A stretch of 47,598 bases of DNA from Chthoniobacteraceae bacterium (GTDB lineage Bacteria > Verrucomicrobiota > Verrucomicrobiia > Chthoniobacterales > Chthoniobacteraceae). The notes below the pieces were generated by a model. That model was not told the origin of the DNA. It saw only the letters and a list, made by a program, of their open reading frames with translations, and did not search any database. Position 1 is the first letter of the stretch, and every line of letters starts with the position of its first letter. The translations under genes were made by a program, and so were the position numbers. Shown here piece by piece: positions 47,196 to 47,598 of this stretch. Location of the stretch: NCBI GenBank assembly GCA_036388515.1, contig DASVRR010000298.1, positions 1 to 47,598 of the forward strand. The letters run 5' to 3'.

Positions 47196-47517
47196 AACCG
47201 ACGAGCCCCAGCTTCGGTCCCAGGAGAAATGGGCGCTTTACCAGATTTCCGTTTGAATTCAGCAAGTTCAACGCTTCCTCCGCCGACAGCGCCGGGAGCC
47301 GATCCTTCAGCCCCATCGCGCGATAATCCAAGCCGCTGGCGTTGAAAAGCCGCCGCACTTCCCCGCTGACGTGCCCCAGCATCTTCCGCAGCTCCGGGAG
47401 GGTGGGCGGCTGTTCGCGAATCGGCACCACTTCGTGCTCAATTCCGCCTTCCTGCAGAAAGCGCAGCGCTTCGCGGCAGGTGCTGCACTTCTCGTAAACG
47501 TAAACCCGCAGGCTCAC
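47104..47517 (-). CDS. ArsC/Spx/YffB-family protein
   Basis: Y.KCSTC..A, LFN.SG..YR, LVKRP, VGF. Confidence 0.88.
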   Translation of the reverse strand: MSLRVYVYEKCSTCREALRFLQEGGIEHEVVPIREQPPTLPELRKMLGHVSGEVRRLFNASGLDYRAMGLKDRLPALSAEEALNLLNSNGNLVKRPFLLGPKLGLVGFKRDEWARSLDAAPASDQAPATADKVRRKK

Positions 47518-47598
47518 TTCGGCAGCCCGAGATTCTGCACAATCCGCACCGTCGAGTGCGCCTTGTTCAGGGTGTAAAAATGCAAGCCTTGCACCCCG

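Noticed and set aside
47518-47598. tRNA or structured RNA at the window end
   Set aside because: Only a weak inverted repeat; no T-loop or cloverleaf.

Overview
GC-rich bacterial chromosomal window, most likely from a PVC-superphylum organism. Verrucomicrobiota is inferred from a DUF1549/DUF1553 cytochrome c protein, a LEPR-XLL-type secreted protein, futalosine-pathway mqnD and SD-less pyrimidine-rich leaders. Most of the window is housekeeping or ordinary accessory DNA: yhaM-like HD nuclease, terC, nagB-nagA-hom-thrC, arfB-like, crcB, mqnD, hisG, bS22, mutS, GH78, aas, bioB and a MacAB-type ABC exporter. It also holds 3-4 toxin-antitoxin loci. The most unusual part is a ~2.6 kb, visibly less GC-rich island (19504-22116) between mqnD and a TPR gene. 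It reads as an integrase-less integron-cassette array of co-oriented small ORFs. These are separated by two long attC-like hairpins and three ultra-short (15-19 bp) R''-R' junctions, and a CarG-like gene sits inside a 14-bp direct repeat. Other notable items are a palindromic repeat translated in frame inside mutS with an intergenic sister copy, a TPR protein ending in a DnaK substrate-binding-like domain, a BPH/HslV-like protease with Ser at the catalytic position just downstream of mutS, and a secreted protein with caspase-like His/Cys motifs. All family calls come from reading motifs by eye; no database searches were run. No rRNA, tRNA, CRISPR array, transposase or integrase was found.
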